From assembly GCA_051294905.1 (NCBI GenBank), contig CM119380.1, forward strand, positions 3,596,001 through 3,660,000: DNA of 64,000 bases. Reading direction: 5' to 3'. The translations under genes and the position numbers were made by a program. The first letter of the stretch is position 1. The number at the start of each line of letters is the position of its first letter. Shown here piece after piece: positions 1 to 11,430 of this stretch. The notes below the pieces were generated by a model. It searched no databases. It saw nothing but the letters and a program-made list of their open reading frames with translations, and was not told the origin of the DNA. Source of the stretch: Botryllus schlosseri (taxonomy: Eukaryota).

Positions 1-197
1 CCGATATTCTCCATTTTCATTCCGTAACTGCTGACTTATAGCAATGCCCACTTAGGGATTCTTTTTGTAAAACACCGCTTGCGCAGATGATGTGATGGGG
101 GGGGAGCCTAGATAAACCAGCACGGTTTAGGAGTTGTGAAGTCAACCTCGATCGAACTTGGACCCTAAAGCTATCGATGTTGCGGCCGCGAATTATA
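1..197 (-). mobile_element. tRNA-derived SINE (family A), partial copy
   Basis: Minus strand 197->135 reads like a tRNA head (AGATAGCGTAATGAT...GTTCGATC, A/B-box-like). The body (ccgatatt...ccgtaactg.cgacttatagc...ttgtaa.acaccgct) recurs at 30945-31250 and about 42175-42205. Confidence 0.6.
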
Positions 198-999
198 TCA
201 TTACGCTATCTTGCATTGTCTAAAAATGGAAAAATACTAACTCCCGAAAACTTACAATTTGCAGTTTAGGCAAAAGAATACACGGTTTTAATAGAACTAT
301 ACCTAGAATAACCCGCGTTGTGTCGACCCTATTTTGAATTTGGATTGCGCATATCACGCAACTAAACTAAATGATCCGAGGTATGGACGAATACCAAGCA
401 CTAGGAAAGATTCGGTATTATTATAGTTGCGGTCATGGGCGCCGACTTTTATTTTGGCTTGGGGTGGCGACAGGCGCGTGGTCAGGGGGGTGTGGAGACC
501 CCCCCTTTTGAAACGCAAGACCCCGTCCTATTGAAATGGCAATTTTTATGCTAATATTCAGTTGCAGTTCGACAAGATGAGATATCGATGGCCCGTTTCG
601 CATAGAGATGATTCTCGTTGGTTTGCGGTACGCGGTGTCGATGGCTCGAATTAGAGAATTGGCGTTTCGAGGGAGCGGGATTTCTAGTTGCAAGAGAGAC
701 ATTCCCTGACTGCTAGCCTGGGATTTTATTGCCGATAACGCGCTGGTTAATGTCAGCCCGGGACCTACGGCATACGTAGGCCCCGATCAGTCAGTCGAAT
801 TTAATCGTAAAATGGTGCGCTTTTGATTATCCTCGTGTTATTACAGTAAGAGCGATACGGGGCCATGCCGCGATCTTGTCAATGAAACTACATATCCCAA
901 TGGTTTGAAATTCGATCCGTGATATGGTTGCGTTTGACAGAATTCGTGCAGCCATGAAGTTCATTGGAACATAGATAGCCGATTACCCAATCAAAAACC

Positions 1000-1209
1000 G
1001 TGCTTTCGTGATTGTCCGCCTTTTCGCAATTCTGCTGTCGGTGGCCCGCCCACTCTTCACCAACGACTTTCAAACGCATTTAGACAAATGTTACCGGCTT
1101 TCCTGCGAGCTTCTTTCAGGCCCATTATTGTTTTTTAACAATAATCTACAGAATAAGCCACGGATACGCAGTATTCCAAACATTTTCCACATTTTGAACA
1201 ACTCTAATG
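1000..1209. repeat. Right-end TIR of the same P-like family as 18623-23161
   Basis: tttcaaacgcatttagacaaatgtta...ggatacgca...ttttgaacaactcta matches 23015-23161 and is the reverse complement of 18623-18830. Confidence 0.65.
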
Positions 1210-1210
1210 C

Positions 1211-2330
1211 TCAACTTGAAAAGATGCCGCGATCAGAGCACAGGAATATGAGCCTGTCCGGGGCATAAACGTTCGGTGCTGTGAACGGTTTATTCAGTTG
1301 AATCTTCTTTTCTCCCGAAATCATTTTGAAAAAGCTTCGATTAATGGATAATCCGTCTGCTACCACAACATTGATATTCAACCCCCTGGTTTCGCATGCA
1401 TATAGCAACTCCCAGAAATATACCGTAAGGTCACCAGGAGGAAGAGAACGGGTGGGATACCATGCCAATGGTAGCGACACTTTTTTTCGAATGGAGCGGG
1501 CATAGAAAACTTGAAAGATAAATCATGAATACAATTTGAAACTGTTTGGAATAGTCACTTCTCTCACCCAAAATGTGTGTTGCAATTTCAGCTTCATTAT
1601 TGAAGGCAGAGAAAGCCAATCAGCATGCCATCTTTCACATCTACATTTTCACGTGCTGTCAAAGAGCAAGGAAGGATAATTTGTTATGGGTATTATCTTC
1701 ATACAAAACTTGAACTTGATGCTAACTTTTCATTTCATCAAGAGTTATATATGCCGGAAGAGCGTTATGGTCTTCCATCACGGTCTCAATTTCCTTGACT
1801 GCAATCATATTAAGTAAGACCGGGTAACCGAAAACGTTGAATCGTCCTTTCTGTTGGCAATGTCAAGATACCACTTTCTGAACGAACTTTTATGCCGCAG
1901 GCGATCTAGAAAGAAGTTCCACGGCCCACTGAATTACACTAGTGGGTATCGACAAGCATTTTATGAGATGATCTATTGCTCGACTGAGTAGAAGAAAACA
2001 TTTTCTGCCATTTGTCTTGAATTTTTCATTATTAATAACTAAAGCTGATCTGAAGGCAGCAATACCACCTCCTCGTCACATTCTATCTCCTCAATTTCTG
2101 ATTCTTCATTGTAGAATCTGTCAATTAGCATAAAATTACTGCAAGCCAAGCAAACGCCATCTACATCAAAACTTATTCGCCAAGAATGGCTTACATATAT
2201 CAAAAATCATCTGAAAGTAATTGTGCTACTTGCCTATTATATGACATCATGGTGATCTGTATACATCCGTGGCAACTAATCTCCTCCCATCCCATCTTAA
2301 AATTGCATGCTTCTCGCAGCCTGACATACT
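1211..2330 (-). pseudogene. P-element (THAP9-like) transposase core relic
   Basis: Fragmented frames give LDEMK (first catalytic Asp, about 1735) and FWELLYACETRGLNINVVVADGLSINRSFFK...PNVYAPDRLIFLCSD (second catalytic Asp region). Many stops and frameshifts; cut at about 1211. Confidence 0.75.
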
Positions 2331-2754
2331 ACCTGTAATCCCCTTGCATACAGTAATCCTGTTCAGTTCACCTGAATAAAAACTTCGCAGTTGTACCAAT
2401 CATTATAAAAACCCTGGTTCTGTCTACTTACCTAGATATGATGTCAGAGCGCAAAATGATATTTGAGGTAGTTGTACATTTTCTGGTTGCACTTGCCAGC
2501 CATAGCATGCAGTAGACTGTATTATGACATCGCTGCCTATCACAATTCTTTGATGAAAATTTAGGAAAACCTAATGTCACTAATGTCTTAGAATCGTAGC
2601 CTGATTCTAACACAAACCTGAATTCGGGTACTATGCTATGATCGAACACTTCGCTTGTTTTCTGTAATATCAAATCGTCATCCTCCTCGGTTATGAGACA
2701 GCACTCCAAGAATACATATGCCAGCACTCTAAGAATACATATAAGCTTACATAG

Positions 2755-2850
2755 ATACCGAAAAGATAGCGCAATGGTGAAGCGTCCCTATTCTTGATCG
2801 GTATGTCGTGGGTTCGATCCTTGGCCGGGTCAGACCAAAGGACTGATTAA
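2755..2850 (+). mobile_element. tRNA-derived SINE (family B), 5' part, split by the Kolobok insertion
   Basis: GATAGCGCAATGGTG (A-box-like)...GGGTTCGATCC (B box)...GGGTCAGACCAAAGGAC, ending at TTAA. A SINE-like body resumes at 18465. Confidence 0.6.
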
Positions 2851-3019
2851 GGGGCACTGCACTCTAAATATGAAGGGCAGAACGAGAAAAAAAAATTTGC
2901 CGCAGCCGTTTTCTTCAGAACGCCACCGTCATGGAGCTGCAATTTATTGAAATTTCCAGAGTTGCATCCGGCTGCAGCAGTCGCGGCTCCGGGTAATCTC
3001 TTAACCCGTTACTTGGTAT

Positions 3020-3643
3020 AGTTGTTTCGTCCTGAAGTAGCAAAGTAGCGTAACCTGTGTATTGTAGGTAATTGCTGCGCTATACTTAACTTGACGTCAA
3101 CTCTGTAGTAAGTTCTTGAACCAAGAGATTGCTCAATACAAGATTTATTCGTCGTTGATGTTTGTCGTAGGTAGCGTAAAATGAGTCTACTCGAGTCAAC
3201 TAAACATGCGCTTATATAGACTCGTGATCACTGCAATCGGAAGTCTTATTCGTCTCCTAATATGGCGTGAAATACACAATATTGGATATTATCATATAGT
3301 CCCGCAAGCAGGTGCATCATATCTGTATCACAGCTGTATAATTTGCAACACTCTGCCACAGCTTGGCCGCGGTTTTTCTCTGATCGAATGAAAGCCAGAT
3401 CGCATCAGATCTGCTTGCGGTTAGTAGGTTTGGAGGTTGTCAGTTACCATATACTCCAACAGAATGTCTCTCGGTTACGAGATATACATATTTCAAGGTT
3501 GATCGACAACAGTGATCTGTTACAATATTCACTATAGCATGCTTAATGTGTAGTACGTGATTTAATTATACAGGTAATGAGTTCTCCATGCTAATTATTG
3601 GTTGTTTGTTTGTTAACTTAAACCCTTAAGTTGCCGAGCAACT
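3020..3643 (-). repeat. 3' LTR (624 bp), termini AGTTG...CAACT
   Basis: Direct repeat of 11431-12054, same length, no differences found by eye. Confidence 0.93.
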
Positions 3644-3649
3644 GCACCG

Positions 3650-3659
3650 TTCCCCTTCC
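3650..3659 (-). promoter_or_regulatory. Polypurine tract
   Basis: Minus strand GGAAGGGGAA, 6 nt before the 3' LTR. Confidence 0.7.
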
Positions 3660-4058
3660 GAAAAAAAAGAGATAACAATAGGTCTAAAATGTCAGATAAT
3701 TAAGGTAATTAATCAGTTGTAGCATGGAGTGTATCACATAACTAGAGAAATGTATAAGTGGGAAATTGATGTCCAAATGTTCAAGTCTAATTGATGGAGC
3801 AATGAGCAAGTTGTTATTCATTCATTTTATAATGTACATAACTGGCATGAAACAAATACACAATAAAGAAATCTAATCCTAACAAACACTCACGCTGAGC
3901 GTCACAGCTGTCCATGTCACAATGTGACCGCGCGCGCGGGGCTAATAAACTTGGTGATACCTCGTTATCCAGACCATCTATTTGAGCATGGTCAGTCAGT
4001 CAATATATAACAGTATATAACATACCCGCCGGGCTGGCATATACTGCGTTACTCGGAT

Positions 4059-6388
4059 TTACTCGTTCATGGGCAGACGCGGACGATTCTTCGTATTACG
4101 TGGTCGTTTCTGCTTAGCATTGTGCAGAATTTTGGGAATCCTCGGGCGGAATCTCGGGATATGGTCGTTGATCACTGCAGTGATTCTCGCATACTCCAAT
4201 GGTACATGATTTTGTTGTTGTTGGGGTTGTTGTTGTTGTGCGGGTTCGTCGCCGACAGATGCATTTGGTGGTGCTATCTCCTGGACTGGTACACAATCGT
4301 CAGAAGTAGTCAGGTCGTTGGTCGATGTGTCCGATGCGATAGTCGGATTCAATGGTTGATTGTGTGCATCTGCGTCGGAAGTATATGTTGTTTCGACGAA
4401 ATTTGTTGAGTCTGCGAGAGATTTGGTTTCGTCCTCGAGATTTTCAGATTCATTGCCCGTACGGATCGTATGTAGTTCGTGAGCGTCGCCATGAACGTGG
4501 TGAGTAATCCTTTCGTCAACAGCATAGCTTCGCCGGCGGAGTCGTGCACGGAGGGCCTGCAAAGAGCTAGCGGCAGATTCACGATGCACAATTAAACGTT
4601 GTCTAAGCCTATGACGATTACAACATAATAAACGGCATGAAAAGTATAAATCCCATAGCATCGTAGCGGCAAACCAACATGCAAATAAAAGCTTAAGGAA
4701 AGGGTTGGTAATAGTGGATAAAAAGGATAAAATGCTACAATTAATGGCGTCGGATGCTATTTTTATTGGCTCTAAGGGGTCAATTTGGGTAGTGTCATCC
4801 TGCCTACTGCGGTTCGAAGTGTACGAAGCGGACAGGCTCCGTAGGCGTTGTACTAGCAGCATAGAACTGGATATGTGAGATAAAACATGATCGTAATCTG
4901 TGCTAAATGAAGAATCCATTTTCCTGAATAAATGTAGGAAGGTTTCTGTGATATTGTCAACACGTGGCGATCCTAATAAATCGACGATGTTGAGATCCAT
5001 CGAAAATTTGACTTGTGTGACAGAGGCGTTGCGTGATGTGAGAATTCCATTCTGATATTGGAAATAGGAATCACCCACCTTGAATATTCTGGTTGCGTTT
5101 GCGGAGCCAGTGTCGATGTATCTAGTCTCCTAAAAGGCTGTGTTGTTGTCGAATAATTGTCCGAAATATGTCCTGTCTGTACTGAACGAGATGAGTGGTC
5201 GGGCGCTTAGTGTTCCGTCCGGAAAGAATAAGTTGTTGTGGACGGTGATGTTTTGTGTTATGCAATGCATTTTGTATAAGAATGAGTCGAACACACCCAA
5301 TCTTGAGTTGTAGGGTGCCATATTGAACGTCGAGTCCGGTGACATTGGTGTCAGCGATTTGTGGACGTTGTAAAACTGTTGTTCTATTGTGCAACTGAGG
5401 TAGTCCAGGTGTGAAATCAGTCGCCTGTGTGTCTATCCATTGAGTCATCATGTAATTCCTGCATCTGTCCTAGCAAAAGACGCGTAGAAGTACTTGAGCT
5501 GTTGAGTCTTTCCGTCGAAAGTTTCAGCCCAAGTGTCTTTGCATCGCTTAAAGTGCAGCGAATTGGTACTATGAAAAATCCTCCTGTGATGCACACTGCT
5601 CGTCTGGGCAAGCAGCGGACCAGATTGGAATCACATGTGCGCGCTGACTGAAAAGATAGAGCTAGGTCTGGTATTTCCACCCTTGATACTTCGTGGTTGC
5701 TGTTTGTATGCATTAAGATGTTTGTACGCATCCGAATTGGCGCCGTCGGACACGCATATTTGTTTGTGATGGAGGGAGGCCATATGACCGTTCCCTGGCC
5801 TGTTTGACAATTCCCGACCTTTGCTTTACATCCAGAGAGATCAGATATATCGGCTCGTAGTTTGCTGGTTATTGAATCGTATACAATCGGTATTGTATGC
5901 ACGATTAGGTTGCGTAGAAATCCGGACTGCGAGTTAGCCCATTTCCATGTCAAGTGTAGTTTGTTGTTAGTTGAAAGTAATCCGTCAGCTTGTTCGGTCA
6001 GCTGTCCGTATGAAGACAAATGTGTGACAATTGCGTGTTGACATTCCACTAACGAGATACTGTAACGTCTTTCTTCGCCTATATTTTGCGAATAAGAACC
6101 AAAAAAGAAGAAATGTGTCTCCCAATATTGCTCAGCTACAAAACACATCTTTCCATCCAGATTGTGAAATCTGTTTGTCAAGGCGTAGATATTTGCCAGG
6201 CACGATTTTGAATGCATAATTATGTTGTGTTTGCATTCGTTTGGTGGTTGAATATCGATCAAATCAGAAGCGGCTTCACGTCTACATACGTTAGCCGTAA
6301 TAGAAATCGGAATATCGTTTCCCTTAGCTGGGCGCGCGAACAGCCACGCCGTCAAAAGTGACAGGACAATCGATTGCCGATAAAACAT
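4059..6388 (-). pseudogene. env: env-like class III fusion glycoprotein (gB/G-like), disrupted by a frameshift (~5426-5436) and an in-frame TAG (5130-5132)
   Basis: ATG at 6388 gives a signal peptide (MFYRQSIVLSLLTAWLFARPAKG) and a Cys-rich ectodomain. After a -1 shift the frame continues ...RPLISF...GQLFDNN...F*...IFKVGDSYFQY..., then SFLSTITNPF, a hydrophobic TM segment and a long tail. ORFs 5130-5345 and 4059-5078 are in the same frame. Confidence 0.8.
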
Positions 6389-9300
6389 AATCCTTGAGTG
6401 CGTGCGGCTTGGAAATTGCACGTCCTGTTCGCGTTGTAATAATTTTATCAATAATAGCGGGTCTGCAAGGTAAATTCGAATCGTTACAGTCTTGAACAAT
6501 CTCAAAATCTCGCTCGCTCAAAATCTGCTCGCTTGAATCTGCAACGATATCTGAACAGGATGCGTTCGCTGTTGGCTCGACTGCATTCTGAAGCTGAATT
6601 GGATTTTCTGCGTTAGCAGCGATGTTCGTTCGGCCTACTTGTGTTGAAGCCACGTGGTTTTCAGCATCGTGAGAATCGGATGTAAACAGCGTGTTTTCGT
6701 TCTGTCGAGGAAAATCTGAAATCCCATCGCCCTCGTAGTATGCTGTTTTAACATCGTTCAGAGATACATTGCGTGTTCGGCCTGATATAGAAATCACAAG
6801 ATGATGTTTGCCCCGCTTCAATACACGATAGGGGCCCAAATAAGTCTTTCGTAACCCGTGCATCTGAGATGGCTCCTTCACATAAACAAACTGGCAACGG
6901 TGTAAGTCTTTCTGCAAAACTTCCTGCACTCTGTCTACCCGTGTACGAGTCGGTTTCATGGCGTCCAAGAAATCATAAATGTCCTTGACGTACTCAACAC
7001 GTTGTGAAGGTCGTGCGGTCGGGTCTGTGTATTCTACCATTTCACATGGAAGCCTCACGTTTTCACCGAACATCAGTTCGTAAGAAGTGAATCCAAGGTC
7101 GGTTTTCACTGACGCGCGAATGCCCCACAGTGCCCAACCCAGATGTGCCACCCAGTTTTCAGCGTTACCATGGGCTTTCAGGCTCGTCTTGATAGTTTTA
7201 ATTGAACGCTCGACGAGTGAGTTTGTGCGTGCACAATACGGAATTGAAAATTGCAAATCGGTGCCTATCTCCTGCAATAACGTGGTAAAGGTAACTGATT
7301 TGAAATAACTCGCGTTATCTGCATACACAATCCGCGGAGCTCCAAACATGCTGGCGTAGCCCCACATAAATGCATCACTGACTGATTCCGCGTCGCATTT
7401 TATCATGGGTACGGCTGTCATGAACCTTGTGAAGCGACAAACCACTACCAAAACGTATCTGTACCCTCTGCAGAGTGTAAGGGGTCCGGCAACGTCGATG
7501 TTAACGGACATCCAGCGTTTGTGTGGAATTGGTAGGTTTGTCAGTTGTGGTTTATTGTGGATATTAATCTTGCAAGCCTGACAACTGTCGCACTGTTTGG
7601 ACCAAGACATGATCTCTTTCTGCATATTCGGCCAGAAATGCGCTCTGCTGATGAGTTCTGCGGTCGACTTATTTCCTGGGTGCGCAAGGTTGTGTAATGT
7701 TTTGAATATGCGTCTTCTTAAAGGCGCGGGTATGAACGGTTTTGGTCTGTTGTTGTCTGAAATTCTGCACCAGAGTTGATGGCTGTCAAATCGTCGCTTG
7801 ACCAGTCCTATTGACGTCTCTGGGGGTGCTGCAAGCAGTGATTTCAGCTCATCATCATTGTCCTGTGACATGGCCAGTTCCTCTGTCGAAACTACGTCAT
7901 GGTGGTTGTGAATCAAGCTATTAACACAAGGGTACGGACCTGACGGTGTATCATGCTCGTCGTCACTGGAAGGTAGCTCGTCTTGTGCGTTCATTATCTC
8001 GATTAACTGTTCCGGTCGTGACAAGCAGTCAGCAACTGTGTTCTCGTCCCCTGGCAACAGATGTACCATTGGCGAGTAATCCAATATGATGGCGCGATAC
8101 CTGTTCTGTCTCACTAGTTTCAATTCGTTTGAACTTGATGTTAGTGTCTGAAACAGAGACCTCGAATCGACGAAGAGGTCGAAAGGTCTGCCACGTAAAA
8201 ATGTGTTGAAATATACAACTGAGTGCTTGCATGCCAATAATTCTTTGTCAAAGATGTCAAAGGTCTTCTGATTAGCTTTGAATGACTTCGAAAAGAATCC
8301 CAAGGGTGTGAGCGTGCCATCTGGTTCGTACTGATGCAGCGCTCCTGCCATTGCTGACAGAGATGCGTCAGTGTAGAGTGCCAGTCTTGCGTGTTTGTTT
8401 GGGTGTGCGATCGCTGTAGTGTCGATGAGTAGTTGTTTGAGTGTGTGAAAGCTGTTGTCTGCTATGTTGGTCCACACTAAGCGTTCGTCTTTCTGTGTGC
8501 AAGATGTGATCAGGTCATACAATGGCTGTGCTGCTTCTGCAAACCTTGGTATTAGTCTGTGATAGAACGCCGCCATACCGCAGAATCGACGCAACGATCT
8601 GAGGCGTTCCGGTTTGGGAAAATCCTTGATTGCAGCCGTCTTGTCTGCAGTTGGAAAGATGCCATGTTGGTTAACCAAATGGCCAAGGAAATCCACAGAT
8701 TCCTGTCCGAATTTCGACTTCTTCGCATTTATGGGGATTCCAACGCGCTCCATGATCGTGAAGACTTCTGTCAAAGTGTGTAAGTGTGAGTCCCAATTAG
8801 TGGATCCTATCAGGATGTCGTCCAAGAAGACAAATGTGTCCTTCACCCCGTGGAAGAGCTGTCGTAAAGCAAACGAAAAAAAGCTGGGAGAATTCATGAG
8901 GCCCATCGCCAATCGCTTGGGGCTGTATACAGCAGAGTCTACTGCGAAGGCTGCTATCTCAGAGGCCCTCTCTGACATCTCAACTATATAGAACCCATCT
9001 GATATGTCGATCGTGCTGAAGATTGTACAGCCATACAGCTGGTGCGTGAAGTCTCGAAGGTAACTGATTGGGTATGTGTTTTTCACTGTAACCTCGTTGA
9101 TCGCTCTGTAGTCAAAACAGATGCGGCAGTCGATTTTGTTTTTCTTAGCTACCACATGTGCTGGACTGGAGTAAGGTGAGTTGCTCTCAACTATCCACCC
9201 TCTGTCTTTCCAAACCTGTAGTTTAGCTCGCACTTGGTCCCTGAACTTGGTGGGAATTCTGCGTTCAGGTAAGGCGATGACTGGAGCGTCAGGTTTCAGG

Positions 9301-9865
9301 CAAATGTCAAATAAAAATCCCTTCAGAGGTGGCCGGTCTATTTCTGAATCGAATAGCACTTGATATCGTGAGAGAAGGGCCGCCATTTTGTCATTGTCGC
9401 ATTTGTTAGTGATGGACGCAACTAAACCTGCAGATTCTATGCTAGAGACTGCTGTTAGTGTAGCATCACGTTCCTCGTCAAGTATTGTACGGTGTTTCAT
9501 ATCCAGTATCCATCCGAAGTGTCGAATGAAATCTGCACCGATGATGTTGTACGGAACATTTGCCTTCTCAAACGAGAATGTGTATGTGTAGTACGAACCA
9601 AAAGTCAATGATAGGTTGTAGGCCCCGTATCCGTAAAGTCTGGATTGGTTGGGGCAGCGGAAGGTCACTGTGGGCTTGCCTAGCTCATCTGGTGATACCT
9701 TCTTGAAGCAGCGTTCACTCCCTGAGTCAATAAGGAAGATGCTATTGGTTTTAAAATCATAGAGGAATAACAGGTCAGAGCCTGAGTACCTGGGTGGGTG
9801 AAGTAAGTCGACCTCGTTGATTTGCAGGACGATGCCGACTGGCTCCACCTCCTCTAAAAATTTTG
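6324..9865 (-). CDS. pol: Pol polyprotein (protease, RT, RNase H, integrase), probably expressed by -1 frameshift from gag
   Basis: FLIDSGS protease; RT with MGLMNSP and FVFLDD; RNase H YTDAS...ELLA; integrase HNLAHPG...CDSC and DVAGP...DNA...ER; uninterrupted 1202-aa frame (6324-9932). Confidence 0.95.
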
Positions 9866-11167
9866 AGCAGCGTTGGAGTTGTTCAAGGTACTGGAATATG
9901 CCTCCCATTGACAAGATGCGGTGTCGCCGCATTTCTTAGCTTTCATGCCATAGGCATTGTGGTACCAGCATAAGGTGTAGCCGTGACTAGGGGCTGGTTT
10001 TGACTTAGTTTTGTTGTTTTTGCCTTGTTCGACATCTCGCTGTAACTGCAGGACAATCGCTTTCAGGGACGCTGTTTCCTCATCTCTCTGGCGGTCTGTC
10101 ATCCTGGCTGCGTGTGTTGTGTTGGTGTGTATGGCATTGACGTGTCTTTCTTCTGCTAACTGAGCTGCTGCTGTTTGTGCCACGACTAGCAATTCATCGA
10201 TGTTGCTAGTACGGAGTTTGAGCAATAAGAATGGACGTAGGCGATGGTCCACGATATGATGGAATACTGAATTCATCATTCGTCTCATGGCAACGCAATC
10301 AATAAGACCGTTGTGGTATGTGATTACGGCGTCGTACGCCTGTTCAGGTGTAAGATCATTTAATTTCAGAAGGTTCACGATAAGGCCAAAGTTGTTTGCT
10401 GATTCCTTAGCCTCCGGTTGGTATCTGCGTAGTAATGCAAGCTTCGCTGTTTTGTAGCTGTTTATAGCTTTTGTGTTGATTGGAAATGTCATAGCACGTT
10501 CCAAGACGTGTTGTTTGATATTGAGCATGAGGTAGCATGATTTAGCGTGATCTGTCGTAATGTTGTTTGCCTCAAATGTTAATTCAGCAACTGTGAAAAA
10601 CGCGCTTGGTCTGTTTTCATCGAAGAGGTTGCGTTTTAGTTTGTTGACTACAACAGTCATTTCCCTGTTCTCAACTGCTTCGAGATCCTGAATTAATTCA
10701 GTATCTGTTTGTGATGGCGCAATTGGTGCTGAGACAACAGGTGGTTGTGCGACACTTGATTGTGCTAAATGTGACTGAGGTTCAGCTTGAGATGGTGCTG
10801 CGTTATGCCGTCTGCGGGAAGTAACGTTAGTGAAATCCGGCGTGTGTGACGTGCGCCCTGCCGATGTGTGTGGCTCATCTAAATCGTGCTGTTCCTCATC
10901 TGATGTCTGACCGTCTGATTGGTCATGCTCAGGAATTGTGTCGTCGGCTACTTCCGAGTCACGCTTCGTTAAAGCGTCCATATTTAGTTTATGTGCTGCG
11001 TCGACGTGATCCTTCGCCGTTTGTTCTCTAGTTTGGTGTTTAGTCACGCTAATCTGTCTGTCGGGTTGCCCCGCTACTACTTCGACCTTGGGTTTAACGT
11101 CCTTAGGGCCTGCGCCAACTTTAGGGACGGAGGTAGGTGGTTTATTATGTTTGCCGCCACTAGCCAT
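9854..11167 (-). CDS. gag: Gag (437 aa)
   Basis: Capsid-like FDENRPSAFF..AELTFEANNIT...YKTAKLALLRRY (DUF7041-type invertebrate Gypsy gag) and C-terminal CWYHNAYG..AKKC...C motif. Lies upstream of and overlaps pol. Confidence 0.88.
   Translation of the reverse strand: MASGGKHNKPPTSVPKVGAGPKDVKPKVEVVAGQPDRQISVTKHQTREQTAKDHVDAAHKLNMDALTKRDSEVADDTIPEHDQSDGQTSDEEQHDLDEPHTSAGRTSHTPDFTNVTSRRRHNAAPSQAEPQSHLAQSSVAQPPVVSAPIAPSQTDTELIQDLEAVENREMTVVVNKLKRNLFDENRPSAFFTVAELTFEANNITTDHAKSCYLMLNIKQHVLERAMTFPINTKAINSYKTAKLALLRRYQPEAKESANNFGLIVNLLKLNDLTPEQAYDAVITYHNGLIDCVAMRRMMNSVFHHIVDHRLRPFLLLKLRTSNIDELLVVAQTAAAQLAEERHVNAIHTNTTHAARMTDRQRDEETASLKAIVLQLQRDVEQGKNNKTKSKPAPSHGYTLCWYHNAYGMKAKKCGDTASCQWEAYSSTLNNSNAAQNF
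9857..9863 (-). promoter_or_regulatory. -1 ribosomal frameshift slippery site A AAU UUU
   Basis: The gag frame ends CAA AAT TTT TAG. A -1 slip on AAATTTT enters the pol frame (K-F-L-E-E). Confidence 0.75.
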
Positions 11168-11409
11168 GAAAGCACTATTGCATGCACACTTCTAATTGAT
11201 ATGAAAGGTACACAATAATCACGAATATAATGAGGCGTAAAATAAGCACACAACAAGCGAATTTAATCGTGAAATCTGCCGTAGCTATTGCAATGAAAGC
11301 GTTACCGGATGGCTGATGGTCTGGTACGGGTATAGTCCGTTGTTGCACGATATAGTTGTAGTCGTACGATATAAAGTTCGTTGTACTGTATAGACGTAAT
11401 CCCTTGTTC

Positions 11410-11427
11410 ACCGAGCACGGGGTACCA
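11410..11427 (-). promoter_or_regulatory. Primer binding site (TGGTACCCC...)
   Basis: TGG-initiated, 3 nt after the 5' LTR end. The first 9 nt fit a tRNA ending ...GGGGUACCA (e.g. Arg-CCU type; tRNA identity is inference). Confidence 0.65.
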
Positions 11428-11430
11428 TAT

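Noticed and set aside
433-1000. Short ORFs (89 aa, 63 aa) in a GC-richer patch
   Set aside because: No recognisable domain; cannot assign.
3206-3537. 61-aa and 64-aa plus-strand ORFs, repeated at 11617-11948
   Set aside because: They lie antisense inside the LTRs and are duplicated only because the LTR is; no recognisable motifs.
5122-5451. 109-aa ORF as the middle part of env
   Set aside because: The gB-like motifs are in the other frame (that of 5130-5345), which is continuous with 4059-5078.
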